A DNA stretch of 64,000 bases, from positions 6,882,001-6,946,000 of the forward strand of contig OZ116701.1 in assembly GCA_964199315.1 (NCBI GenBank), read 5' to 3'. Origin of the DNA: Orbicella franksi. Its lineage: Eukaryota. Of this stretch, positions 46,083-59,500 are shown one piece after another. The position numbers were made by a program, and so were the translations under genes. The notes beneath the pieces are model-generated. The model worked only from the letters and a program-made list of their open reading frames with translations, made no database searches and was not told the origin of the DNA. Position 1 is the stretch's first letter. The number at the start of each line of letters is the position of its first letter.

Positions 46083-46466
46083 ATGGCCTCGAAGGCGAAG
46101 ACAGTTGTGCAGAAGCTTCACGCCGTAACTCAGGTCAAAAGTTGTATCGGCCGGCCTTGGTGGGAAAAGAGAACAATTAAGGCTCTAGGATTTAGTAGAT
46201 TGCACCAAACTATAATTCACAAGAACATACCGACAGTAAATGGCGCCTTACGATCTGTAAAACATCTCCTGGAGATCAAACCTGTGGAAATTGTTGAAGA
46301 AGATCCAACCAAGGGGCAAAGAAATGGACAAGAGGGGTTGTTTCTCAGACAAAACGGACACTTCCATCTGGACAAGTTCAAGGAATTTCTTGAAAATAAC
46401 CCCGATATGAAAGAAATGATCCACAAGAGAAGGAAACAGGCCATTTGGGAAAGGCGAAGGAAATGA
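46083..46466 (+). CDS. MRPL30: Mitochondrial ribosomal protein uL30m (39S L30), intronless CDS, 127 aa
   Basis: KLHAVTQVKSCIGRPWWEKRTIKALG..HKNIPTVNGALRSVKHLLEIKP matches the uL30m signature (RPxWEK, HKNIPxVN, VKHL). An in-frame stop lies at 46038 upstream. Confidence 0.93.
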   Translation: MASKAKTVVQKLHAVTQVKSCIGRPWWEKRTIKALGFSRLHQTIIHKNIPTVNGALRSVKHLLEIKPVEIVEEDPTKGQRNGQEGLFLRQNGHFHLDKFKEFLENNPDMKEMIHKRRKQAIWERRRK

Positions 46467-47073
46467 ATACGATATTTGGAACAAGGAATTTACTAAGGAA
46501 CAATGCATCATTTTTCGTTGTATCCGCGATACTGTACTTGTTATGTGGCGATGAGTAGCATAACCATGCTATTTGGATGTTAATAATCGGGAGAGACCTA
46601 CCGCAGTGATGTGTGTTTTGCTGATTACTTTTAATAGCTTATATGTTATGGAGAGTCCACACAAGGAATCGAACAATTAACTCACATTGCCAGATCGCTA
46701 ATGTATGTAACTGAACAGTTTGTTTGGCAAGGATATGGAAGAATAATAATTATTGTCTTGTGAAAGTAAAACTACTGTGGTATTTTAGTTTCTGGAGCTT
46801 TCTTTATTCTTGTTTGTTAATACCCATGTCTTGGAGAGAAGAGCAGTGGCATAATAACTGAATAATTAATTTTTCTTGTTACCCCAGAGATGTAACTACG
46901 GAAACACTCAGCTAGCTCATTAACAAGCCCAGCTGGCTTTTCTGCCCTTGGTAGCTTCAAAGTTTTCCCAAGTCTAATTCTCCTTGTGTGTGAAATGCGA
47001 GTCAGATTTAAGTTCTCTTTCATCCAGTGAAGTTAACTGGCAGCTGGCTCTTAGCGACCCTGTAGAGCAACTA

Positions 47074-47330
47074 GGAGCAGGGATGGCACACTGGTGTGAG
47101 CGCTCGCCTCCCACCAATGTGGCCTGGGTTCGATTTCAGCACGGTGCCATACGTGGGTTGAGTTTGTTGTTGGTTCTAGCCTTGCTCCGAGGATTTTTCT
47201 CTGGGTTCTCAGGTTTTCCTCCCTCCAGGAAAACCAACATTTCCAATTTCCAATTCAACCACAATAGAGGACCTGCATGAAAACCAGCTAGGGCTGATGA
47301 GGCTTACTCTCTAAATATTGTAATTTATTT
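47074..47330 (+). mobile_element. tRNA-derived SINE family 2 (V-domain-like), full length
   Basis: GGAGCAGGGATGGC head, GGGTTCGAT B-box, TTTTTCTCTGGGTTCTCAGGTTTTCCTCCC body and an AT-rich tail. Confidence 0.8.
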
Positions 47331-47889
47331 AGTTAATATATTTATTATACTGGGAGAATGTTGGCCAATGCATAGTCTTCGCAGTATACATGTAGATCAA
47401 GCACAGCACCTGGTCCTAACAGAGAGGATGTTCTTACAGCAGGATTCTGATCAATCAAAGTGCAGTTCATGTGAAGCTCACACCAAAGATGTGCCAAAAT
47501 TTTAAGGTATCATGGTCAAAAACATCAGATATCCATGCTGAAGATTGAAACTGGTGGATGAAGTTGGGAGAGACTCCCATGTACAAGTGGTAGGGATGCT
47601 TTTAGGAAAACTTTAGCCATGAGTAAACACTCGAGACTGTCATGACCCTATAAAAATGCCATTATAATAATTTTTTTATGACAGACCAATAAATGATCAC
47701 GTTAATTATATAACGACTACAGCAACCAGCAGAGAATAACTTACGGCATTTTATTTCGTTACAAGCAACTCTAAAAGATTCCATGGGTGAGACCAAAACC
47801 ACAGTTTTAAACCCCTGATGAAGACTTGTACCGTTCACCTGCCCCCTCCCCCAACTGAACTACGGTGATGCACTGAGCCACTGGCACTG

Positions 47890-47949
47890 TAGTCTCCTCT
47901 GCAGCCGCCTTTTGGGATGTCACGCAAAAAACAGCTGCTGCAGAGACTA
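47890..47949. mobile_element. 60-bp TAGTCTC...GAGACTA hairpin mini-element with 9-bp TSD
   Basis: CTGGCACTG is duplicated exactly at 47881-47889 and 47950-47958. Confidence 0.8.
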
Positions 47950-49422
47950 CTGGCACTGTAGAACTGATCAATTCTGCTTAAAATCTCCAGCTGTTTTTCT
48001 GACAGAACCTCAAGGTTCTGATTAATTTTGGAAGGCATTTTGTCTAGTTCTGTTTGATATGACCAATCAACATCCAAGAAATGTGCGAGAGGAGTTACTA
48101 TAACCAATAACTAACCAGATATTAAAGTGAGACATAAGTGGTGTATTTTCCTCTAGTACACATGAAGTGAATAATTCATTACTCTGTGTTTGATGATTAA
48201 GCTCGACAAGACTGATGTCTTACTTCACTCAATGTTACTTATTAATTACATATTAATAGATTATTTACATAAGCTATAACTTGACAATATATATCGATAA
48301 TAACTGCAATAAAATTACTCCAGTCCTGAGTCTGCATTGGATATGACATGATAAATAACAAATGAGGCAAGTGGCACTGAGATAATCATCTTGTATCCAA
48401 CAAGACCAAATGGAATAAGTGGTCATATTAAATTCAATTGACTGGATAATGAGGACATTTCAGTATGATTTACACAAAGTGATGGTGTGACAGGGTGTAA
48501 AATATTGGTTGTGGGTTGTTCACTTTTAGGGTTGAATAGAGCACTTCAAGAAAAAGGGCAAAACAGAGTTTCATGCTGAAATATTTTTTGCACAATATCC
48601 TTTGAAGTAGTCTAAAATTCTGGAAAATTGTGACAAACAAGAATGGTTTTCTGGAAGACTTAAAACAATAGCCTAGCGGAAAATAACATGCCTTGTACAG
48701 TTAACATGGTGGGATCAGGAATTTAATTGTTTATGTGACTTATTAATGAAAGACTACTAACAAGTTTATTGTTTCTTGAGTATGAAATTTGCCCACTACA
48801 GTATTTCTTGTACTTAACATGTAATGGCAGCACAAAACTCCCAAAATCTTTTTCAGATATTTTTGACAGAACTTTCTAAAGCACCAAAACTTTTTCAGAT
48901 AAACAGCACTTGCTGCACTTCCATGTAAGTCAGACAAAGGTATAAAATTATGGCTTGTAACCAAGATTCAGTGAACCAATCAGGGGGCTACAAATGAATT
49001 ACCCGAGGATGGGAATTTTAAAATTTTTTTTTGTAAACCATTGTTTAATTATACAACAAAATTGCTATCGTGATAATATTATTTCATTAATATATTAGTT
49101 GAATCTCCACTAACAGGCTTTCCTATAAGTGAATGAACAAGTCTACAATAAGTCCTCATGCGCCCTCTTAGTCAAGGTGCAGTAATACCTCTGTGAAGTG
49201 GACACTTTTTCTGGATGCAAAGGTGTCAGCTTAACAAAGCTTCCACTATGGCACTTAATTTAACTACTGTTGAGTTCTCATATTCAACTGACAATGAATT
49301 ATTCAGTAAGAAACAGTACCTAGTAATACATAATTATACACAATTGAAGGAACATTCATTGACATCTTGTTTTCATATGCACCCTTGGTCTGTGGTTTGT
49401 GTTTTTACAGGTTATGTGCTTA

Positions 49423-49688
49423 CAATGGGCGACAAAAGTGTTGAGACACTTGGCAGTAAAATTCGATTTTCAAGTGTCTAGGACACATTTTTTCCCCTTC
49501 CTCCCCAAACAATGTTGATTTTTCTATTTCTTAGACTACACAGACCACAGCACCCACACACAATATTGAATTGGGGGCCCGGGGGTATCAGAAAATTAAC
49601 GTTAGATGCAAATAAAATAGGACAAGTGCTTAAATATCGAAAAGCGTCATTTTCTTTAAAGTGTCTCAACTACTTTTGTCGCCCTTTG
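49423..49688. mobile_element. TA-flanked MITE (Tc1/mariner-like)
   Basis: TIR CAA(T/A)GGGCGACAAAAGT..TTGAGACACT; TA on both sides. Confidence 0.8.
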
Positions 49689-50530
49689 TAGTTTTATATG
49701 TATAACCAAAACACTCTGTACAGTACGTGTTCCTTTTCCAATGTCATATACTTGTGATTTGTTTAGTCACCTCATATAATTATATATGATTCATCATCTG
49801 TTAAGAGTTTGATACTAATGATAAGGATCAATCTAAAATACATTTAGAATGGATAAGTGTCACTGATGTCTACCTGAGCGTGACCCATCAGGTGCCGCAC
49901 ATCAGTGACACCGCAACAAGTGAAGTCTGTTTTTGTCTCATAAATCAGAAAGTGATTATAGGGCAAGCGTTTATGACAAGAAAAGATATAAGCGGATGAG
50001 ACAAGAGTGCTGCAGGCATGATCTGATCTCCCCTCAGCCCCTTCTCATCCACACAGCCTTTTCTCATTTATGTCCAGGAGGATAAAAGTTCCTCAGTCCA
50101 TGCACGTAGAAGAGAACAAGCAAACTGCAAGCAGTGTCCAGGCACAAAAGAATGAGGCTTCCCTAGCATGCAATAAAAGTACTTCGAGAAACAGACACCT
50201 ATGCTTTTTCTTCATGATCTCTTCGCCAGTCATCTTTTTCAATTTTCTCAAAAAATTCTTTACACCAGAAAAAGAAAAGTGAATGGTAAAAGAATGAGCA
50301 ATAAATTTAAAAAACTGTTTTATGTTCAACTAAAATTTTCTTAAATAAAACACAATATTATTTATGTAAATTTTGTATACAAATCAGTTATAGATGCCCT
50401 ATATAAAAATATTTACCAGCTAATTCTTATATCAACAACAGGATGAACTAACAGATACATAACTGTACTTCATGTACAAAACTTGAAAACTTGTATCCTA
50501 ATAAGCTGTACAGAATTTTTGACACCTCTG

Positions 50531-53500
50531 CTAGAGGGTCACTTCAAATGCCCAGCTTTGAGTAAAAGAATCACTACAAGAATTTAAAATAAGTCCTTTT
50601 TCTTTCTGATCTTTGCTGTCCAAGCATTTACCCGAACCAACATGCCTAATCCGGTTAGATCCTTTGTCATACTCCCAGTGCTGTAAAGTGAAGTAAATTA
50701 GAAGAATGAAAACATGTCAGTATGCAATCAAGAGAATACTGGCTTGCTTGCTCCCAAGCAACATTATCAAACTTGATCCTAGGGCCAAGTGGAAAAGTTT
50801 AGATGGTTGGATATTGGCCAAGTTTTTTGCACATGTGTTTATGGACTGAAGCAGAATTGAGGTCAATAACCATGTAATTTAAACAGAACAAGGCAAATAT
50901 TCAGCAGCAGCAATCTGTTCTCACTGTAAAGATTCAAACATGTCAGGTGTTATTACATGACAAAATAGATATTTTCAGCTGGATGTCCACAATTATGTGT
51001 ATTTCACTTCTCTGTGTGGCAACGAATGTCACTCAATTAATCCTCTGTTATTCACTGTCCAGATGATAAAATCAATGTTACACTGCGTAATGTTGAGTAC
51101 CTGATTGGAGTTATTTTCATCACAATCTCGCAACAAAGCAGGGGTACCATCTTCTTCGCTAGCTGTTTCCAGACAAAACATGTCATGTTTTAACATCTTG
51201 TTCTTGACAAAATTCCACAGCTGTCATGATTGTAATATGAGAAAAACAAATGCAATAATCAGTAATGAAATAAAATTTATTATAATTTAAAACTCTCAAT
51301 AATTTGAGGAATACCCGGTAGTTTCACAATTCAGTGCAATTGCAAGTTTTGGCATGACAATTTCCCACAAGAGTTAAATCAGCTTCCTTCTGCTTAAAAG
51401 TAACCCAACTTTCTACCTGACATGTGCTTCCAGTCGTAAAACATCTCAGTCAGTAATGTACAACTGCAGTGAGTGTACATGAATATGTATTCAAATTGCA
51501 CTTTTCTTATATTATTAGCTGACCTGATTTCCACCAGATCCATGACATTCAAACAGCCCCACAGTACCCCCATTAGAGTGACCAAGGGTATCCATACAGT
51601 CTTTTCCTTGCTTCACTTCTCCAAATGCTGTGGTCTCATCATCCTCTGGAACTCTAAGGACAACATCAAGGACATCAGTTGCTAATCCTTCTCATTACAC
51701 TGTACAGGGGCATAGCCAGGATTTTTCAAAGGGGGGGAGGGGTCATACTGTGTCAAAGTGAGGGTACTCAGCAGATTGTCATGATATTTTTGCCAACTTT
51801 TGTAGGTTTGCTCAAAAAAGGGCTTACAAAAGGGGGGGTCATGGGCACCCCAGGACCCCCCTGACTATACCCTTGCTGTAGTTGCTGTAATTGTTTTTCA
51901 ACTTTACTTTATTTCTTACTGTCAAATGCACAAATGTGACCTTGTGTAACTCCCCGAGCTACAGGTGTAAATTTGCCTCACATTTCCTTTAAAACAATCT
52001 TTGGTAACAGGACTTGCCATCCAGTATTGATCAAAATGATTTTCTTTTATAATTATAATTTCTGAACAATATACTGTACTTGAATGCGTGAAATGGATTT
52101 ATTTTTCTTACTCTCAATTATTTATCATATGACTTTTGACATGATTATCATAGAGGGTGCCCAGATTAAATTTTATTGTGTACACTCGACGATCTTTATC
52201 AATACACAACTGGTACTGCCAGCTCGATCATCCAATAAAACTGTGCAAGGATAGTTACATGTAGTCAGATGGCTTTGCATTATATAACTACTAACACTGA
52301 AACAATTGTTGATGAAAACTTACCTTAGCTCAGGGTACACATTCTGGACATACCACTTAAAAGACTTGCACTTAAGTTTCTTGCGAAGCTCAAGTCGGCT
52401 TTGAATACTGTTGGAAAAAAAGGAAACCAAGAAAGTGAGGGTCTTGGCATTGCCTACTGTAGTTAATAATTCTGTCCAAATCATAGGTTACACTAATCGA
52501 TGATGATTAAATTCCACACCTCCTTTCAACTTTGATAATGGTAGTCCCTTAGGGTAAAAAGAACAATTTATTTTACCTTCCCCCCCCCCCCCCCCAAGAA
52601 TAATCAACTCACTCTCCATAGGGTGTGTTCTTGGCATATGGCACAGCTGCATAGTAAAACTTTTTATAATCATCCATCCAAACTTCTACAGCTCTTCTTG
52701 TGTTTCTAAAAATTAAAACAAATAGTCAGAATCAGTATCTGTTTTTCTCAAACTCATTTAATAATTCATCAAGTTAAAACAGAGAAAATCACAGCAGGGA
52801 AGTAGGTTTGGATACCTGGTCTTAATTAGCATAGATTTTGACAATTTTACTTCTCCGTTTACTCATTAATTTTGTTTCGATTGAGAAGATATATCAGACA
52901 CTCAAGACAGTGTTTCATCACAACCCAAACACCTCAAATTTCATCAAAAATACTCCGCTACGCCTCATATTTTCAACTCCCTTCTCGGCATTTGGATATC
53001 CCGATGAAACACTGTTGAGATCTCATGTTTGATATACTACATCAAGGGTTATTTTATTTGTAAAAGGTCAAGTCTGCATCAGTTCAAGCGGTCCATACTG
53101 CCAGAGCTTATCACAGTTTCTGTACAGCACTGAGCAACTAGGTGTGTTTCTATCCCCCCTTCCCTTCTGCCCCTCCTCCCCCCCTCCCCCCCATGGATGG
53201 GATGCTAACTAGTCCATTGCAGGGTTACCTCCCAGCTTTAAATTCAACAGGTACCCATTTGTACACCTGGGTGGAGAGAAGCACTGTAAGAGTAACAAGG
53301 TTCAATTACTACCTAACATCAAACGTAGCTCTGTATCTGGATACTAGGACATATTAATGATGTACATTGTGCATGTTGTTCACAGTAGATTAATGTATAA
53401 AACCTAATGTTCTAACGTGGCCTGATCAGTCACCAAGACAATGTCAAATCAATCATCATTTGCTTACTTTTGGAAGACATTCATACTGCCTCCAGGAAAT

Positions 53501-56500
53501 TTGTAAGGATGTCTGTTTCTAAACACATGACCAACCCTTGAACAAGGAATGATTTCCATACTTCCTCCACACTGCCAGGTCCTAAAGGAGATTTCTGTGC
53601 AAATAACAAGAGATAAAAACCTTCTTAAAATCATGACAGATAATCAGTATACTGTGTGACAACGTAACCTGAAAAGATACTAACAGTACAATGGTATACT
53701 TAAAGAGTTCTTGACTGAATCAGTAAGTGTTGTATATTGATTTAACTATACTTTGAATCATGTACACAAATCTCGTGAAAATGTGCAGTATGCAGTCTTA
53801 CTGAGTAAATGCCTCTTGTTGTGATATCCTACAAGCAATTGACATACTGTACACAGAACTTTCACAGCAGTGGAAACAGCAGATGGCTTAGTGTTTCGAG
53901 TGTATACACAATAGCTTTAACAAGCTTGATTGACAAAATGAATTTTTCCCAAGGGACTGAAGATATGTACATGTAAACATGTACGTAATACGCTCACAAA
54001 TTCCAGAGAGGTGAAGGGGTCATTTTGGTCTTCGAAAACTGGAAATTCTACCTACTGTACTTGTAGGAGGAGGTGGAATTCTTATGTGAAATTCCCTCTT
54101 AGGAGGAAGTATGGACAATTACATGTATACATGCAAAGGCAAATTGCATCTACAGAGGGAACAACAATTTAGAGGCAGACAGTGGCTATACATTGAGTCA
54201 GGAGGAATTCACTGTTGTGCACACAGATCATCAAATGGGATAAACTGACCTAGATTCTCTCCACCCCAGATGTCCATATCCATGTCATATTTGCCAATTC
54301 TTTCAAACCATTTCTTGTCAATTGAAAATAACCCTCCAGCTATCACAGGAGTTCTGCAGAGAAAACAGTACATTTCAGGAAAGTACATGTAGCCATATGA
54401 AATATCAAATTGACTTTTAACTGTGAAAAAAAAAAGAATTCAATACAGATTATCCTGAGCTGTTTACATGTACAGTATGCACACAACTAAATAAATGCGG
54501 AGGCAGAGTGGCTGAGTGGTTAGCACCTCAGATCTAGACTTGAAATCCAGAGGTCCTGGGTTCAAGTCCCACTCTGACCACTTAGCTGGAGTTGTTTCTC
54601 AGTAGGCCCTGGTTTACTCCTCGATGGAGCTTGTAAATAGCCAAATGGTCTGACTCTGGCCAATTAGTATTTTTAAGCCCAGTATTCTGTTTATTTGAAA
54701 TATTGTTTCTCTCGGTTCAAGTGGCATGCCAGTGAACTAGCTAGGCATAGCTAAGCATATTGACCACCACAAACAAACATTTATTTATAATCAATTAATA
54801 CTAGGCAGATGAAAACAAAAACAAAAACAAAAAACAAAAAAAAGCTGGTACCCAGGTGGATTTAAATGCATGCAATATACACGTACATGTAGGTGCAGTG
54901 ATCAATCAACTGAGCTACCGGGACAACAGGGAGTTGGTCACATTTTGAGTTCAGAAATTATATACCCGTATATTACAGTACTGTACTGTACATGTAGATG
55001 TCCTTGGCGTGGTCTTTGTTCTCTTCTGTTACCAAGTAAAATGAGAGTAAAAATATTTGCTTTCAACTGTTCAAGATCATTGCATATACTTAATCATGTA
55101 CCTGATGGGATCCGTTGGTCGGCCTGATCGTTCTGCAAGGACATTTGCTGGCAAAAAGTCCCACTTGAAGTTCAAGTTCCAACCAAATCCTTAAGAAATG
55201 CAAAAAAACTGTCACATACAAAAGCATGAGCAGGGGTTTCATTGGGGCCAAGCAGCAGGCAAATGAACTGTCTGTGAGTATGATTTTGCCTGCCTGCCTC
55301 ACAAGAATGGTTTGACACCCTTTGAGGTGACAATGGAATGAACAACAGACTGAAACAATGCCTCTAGCCCGAAAACAATAACAGCTGCTGCATAACAATA
55401 ATAAAACAATAGCAGCCTATGAGAGCTGCTACTATTTTGAAGCTTCCCCTAATATAAAGATTACAAGTTCAGTTCAAAAAGGTTTGTCTGCCAGTGAAAA
55501 CCACTTGCCTGCTGAAAATATTTAATGAAACCCCAGCATGAGGAATGGAAAGTAATGGAATGGAAAAGAAATGTAGGGGGAAGGAAGACAAATTGGAAAA
55601 TGGAATGGAATGGAATATGAAATCAAATAAATTTGTCAGCATCAACCGTGCTTACCTCCTCTGAGATCTGCTGATGATCCAAGGTAATCAAACGTGTCCA
55701 TGTTAATCACATCAATGATTGGACTAACAATCATGTTCCGATCCTAAAAAAATTGATGCAGAAATGACAATGTTCAAACTATAAATATCAAGATTACAAT
55801 TCATTCTTGCATTTGCTTAGAATACATTTTTTTCATATACTTCCAACAATACTGTTAAGTAGCAATCTGCATTTTTGCTAGAAAGGGATCTACAATAAAT
55901 TAAAAGTTTTTTTTTTTAATTCTCTCTTCTAAGGAAAAATGCTACGAAAAATAATTTAATTTACTCTGTGTATTGTCACTGGGTTGTAGAGAATTTCTTA
56001 ATTCTATGGAGTGAGGAGGTATATTTACAAACAACAATGTTGTACAATGAAGGATATACTCTACGTCTCATAATTTTCAAATTCTATACATGTATGTTTG
56101 TTATATAATTTATGTACAGCATACATGTAATTGTAAATTTATTCAATTGACAAGCTGGTGACTATTATGTTACATGAAAATTTCCTCTTTAAAAAAGATG
56201 TTATTAGAGATAAATTTAAAAGTAGTTACAACTGAACATCACCTACAATCTTGGACAAAATAAATGGAACATTTGGAGCACTCCTCCCCCCAAGTTCAAT
56301 GATGCCAAAAGGGCGCATTTTTGCTCCTCCACCCTTCATCATTGCTTTAGGGGGAAGGGGGTCTATTGTTCCTTATTATTATCTTGGAAAAAATAAATGG
56401 AACATTTGGGCCACCTCTCCCCCCCCCCCCCCCCTCCCCAATTTTAATGATGTCAAAATGGCACGTTTTTGCTCCTTTGCACCTTCATCATTGCTTTGGG

Positions 56501-59500
56501 GGGGGAGGGGTCAATTGTTCCGTGTTATCATGTCCAAGATTGTAGGTTTCAAAACAATAACTAAACAACAATGGCCATAAAGGAAATACCTCCTTAATCC
56601 TTTGCAGAAGTGGCTCAAGCCAGTTCTTATTACACTCGCAATGACTGTCTAAAAATGTCAGCACGTCTCCCTTAGCTTCATCTGCACCTCGCACACGTGA
56701 TCGCATCAGACCTGTATTATTAAAACTCATATTAACTAATGTCTCATAGACACATAACATAATATTAATTCTGACTAATTACTACATGTATTAGTAGAAA
56801 TAAAAATTTAATGTGATGAATATTTCAAATTTGAGATGTAAAACGAAAGTAAAAAAATCATAATTTTCTGCTCAGCCACTTCACTCTGAGCCAGTCTCTC
56901 TTGGCCCTTCCAGCCACGATCAGATGTTGACCCTTCAAGCCAGCCTGTTCATAGGCTACATGTATACTCTTACATACATGTAGCTTTCAATATGTCTCCT
57001 TTTCCTTAACCAGTAGATGATTGAGCTGCCCAGCCTCTTCTTACTGTGGACACCTCTGTATTACAGACAGTTCACTTGGTCTCAAAGGAACAAGAATTCA
57101 CATACTCCCTGAATGTACCTCTTCGGTATGGACATCTCTCTAATAAACACAATTAACTGTAAATTAAAACTTAATAAGCTTAAGTGCCGCCCACCTTCTC
57201 TTTGATTGTTTCTAAGAACTTTCACTTTAGGAAGTTTTGCAAGAACCTTTCCATCATCAGCTAGAAGGACATGAAAACAAATTATTCCAAAATACATGTA
57301 TTATAAAGTTCTATTAATAAATACAATGTTTATGCAAGCCTCAATAGTCAGTCTAGATCAGCTCTATAGCAGTTGCCAGGATAACTACTTCAATCTGTTT
57401 ATTTCTACTCACAAAGTAGAAGATGGCACATGTGTTTGGTTGCTGTATAGCCTGATACAAACTAGATGTACCATGCATGAGAGTTATACCTAATTTATTA
57501 CTTTCAGACTCTAATAATTATCAGGCTACACATTCAATCATTTATAAACAAGAAGCACAAAGATAGTTTTAAAAAAATGGCCTTACAAAATAGGTAAACT
57601 AAAGTCTGTATCATGCCATTCGCCCATACAGCTGGTCAGAGCTTACTGCATCTTGGTTTCTGTAGAATGAGGTGACTTGGAATATTTCTGCTCATCCTGG
57701 ATTGAGAAGCATTGTGAAAGTAAAGACTTTTAAATGTCTATAAATATATTGTATGGTCATTTTTTTAAAAAATTATCCCTGTGCCCAAAAGCACAATGCA
57801 CATCGACCCTGGCCAAAGCTCTAACCTGAACCGAAATGTGTAGTTCCAGAAAATATCCATACCTCCCCCACAGAAGGGAATTTTTGCTAAATGCCCCCCC
57901 CCCCCACCCCTCTGGAAATTCTGATTGAGCTTCATACATTTCTTTGAATTTTTTGGTCTTACAGAACCTCCCACCCCCCAGGAAATTCCAATCCCTTCTG
58001 TGGGGGGAGTATGGATATTTTATGGAACTGAACGATGCTAAAAATTAACTTACGGTTATCACTAAAATCATCCACAAGAATTATTTCTTTTAACAGTTTG
58101 GATGGACTTCTCTTGAGGGAACTGTACAAATAAAACACGAATCATTAGACCTGCACCTTTTGGACTTGATGATGATGTCCTCAGGCAGACTTCCTAAATC
58201 AAAATGTTCACAGCAATAATTATTATAGAACGCTACATGTAAATAAATTTCAAAAAAAATTCATGTTCAAGAGATTGTTGTGAACTTTAAGTCACAGAAA
58301 TACAGTGCTGTATACCGTAGAAGAGTACAATGTAGAGGACACTTGATTGCACAGTACTTTTAGTACACAATGTTACGTATATTACAGTATATTGAACATT
58401 AAGTTGTAAGTCGGAACTGAACCTTGTTTTTAAGTATTGATTGCTTGAAATAGTGTTGATTGTCCTACTGTTTCCTTGCATGAAGTGTTTTTGTAGATCC
58501 GCCATTAAAATTGACATTAGACCACACCCAGGAGTATTTTTAGTGATCCTGTATTACATGTAAGCGGCCACCTGTATTAAGCAGTCAGTTCCTCAAGTTC
58601 CAAGGGTGGCCGTTACATACAGGCTCCACTGTAATACAATTATGACTCTTTCCAGCACCTGTTACACATTAATAGGGCATAGACTGTGTATACATATGTT
58701 AATGTAGATGTACATCTACATGTACATGTAGGCCCATGGATTATCACTCTTAAACTGCACCAATTCCACAATTCCTTTTAGTTACAAGTGTAAATAATGT
58801 AGACATTATTATACAAAACTGAAGGGAAAACATACTGATACATGTACATAAAATAAAATAAAAAAAATTAATGTACCTTACAACTGTCCGTAGTAAAGCA
58901 GCCCTGCCTTCATTGTGGAAACAAATAATAATGCTCGTTGTTGGTAAATCAGTCTGCCATGTTTTCTCTTGGCACCTGGCAAACAAGGCAAAATAAATGA
59001 TTTGTTCCAAAATGGACATACATTGCACATTGATACTGGTATTGCATTTTCCAGTGTGTTTTCAACCACATGGCATGCCTAATAAAAGACTGTAAAATCC
59101 AGAAGATTCATATTTACCGGTAACCAACTCCTGGACAGTCATTGTGCTATTCCAGTAGGCTGGAGATCTCAAAAGGCAAAGTGGAATTTCCAGTGGGGTG
59201 GGGAGGGTGGGGATGCAAGCCAAGAAAACTTTATTCCATAGAGGGGTTGCACGTATGGAATAAGATGTTTCTTGAAAAGACACATGTTGAACATTACATT
59301 ATTGCTGTTGTTGTCCTTGTTGATGATGATGTTATTGTAATAAATGATATAACTGTCAACTGGTCTATCAGTAAATGTTCTTTTTTTTTTTTTACTGTTG
59401 CTACAAATATGCATTGATACAGAGTCCCCATTAACACACAGGTGTGCATCTTAAAGGCACAAAAAATGAAAAGAACGTACAGTTTTTTGGTAAAGTACAT

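Noticed and set aside
49860-50290. Minus-strand peptide fragments suggestive of a transposase relic
   Set aside because: Multiple stops and no catalytic motif that I can identify.
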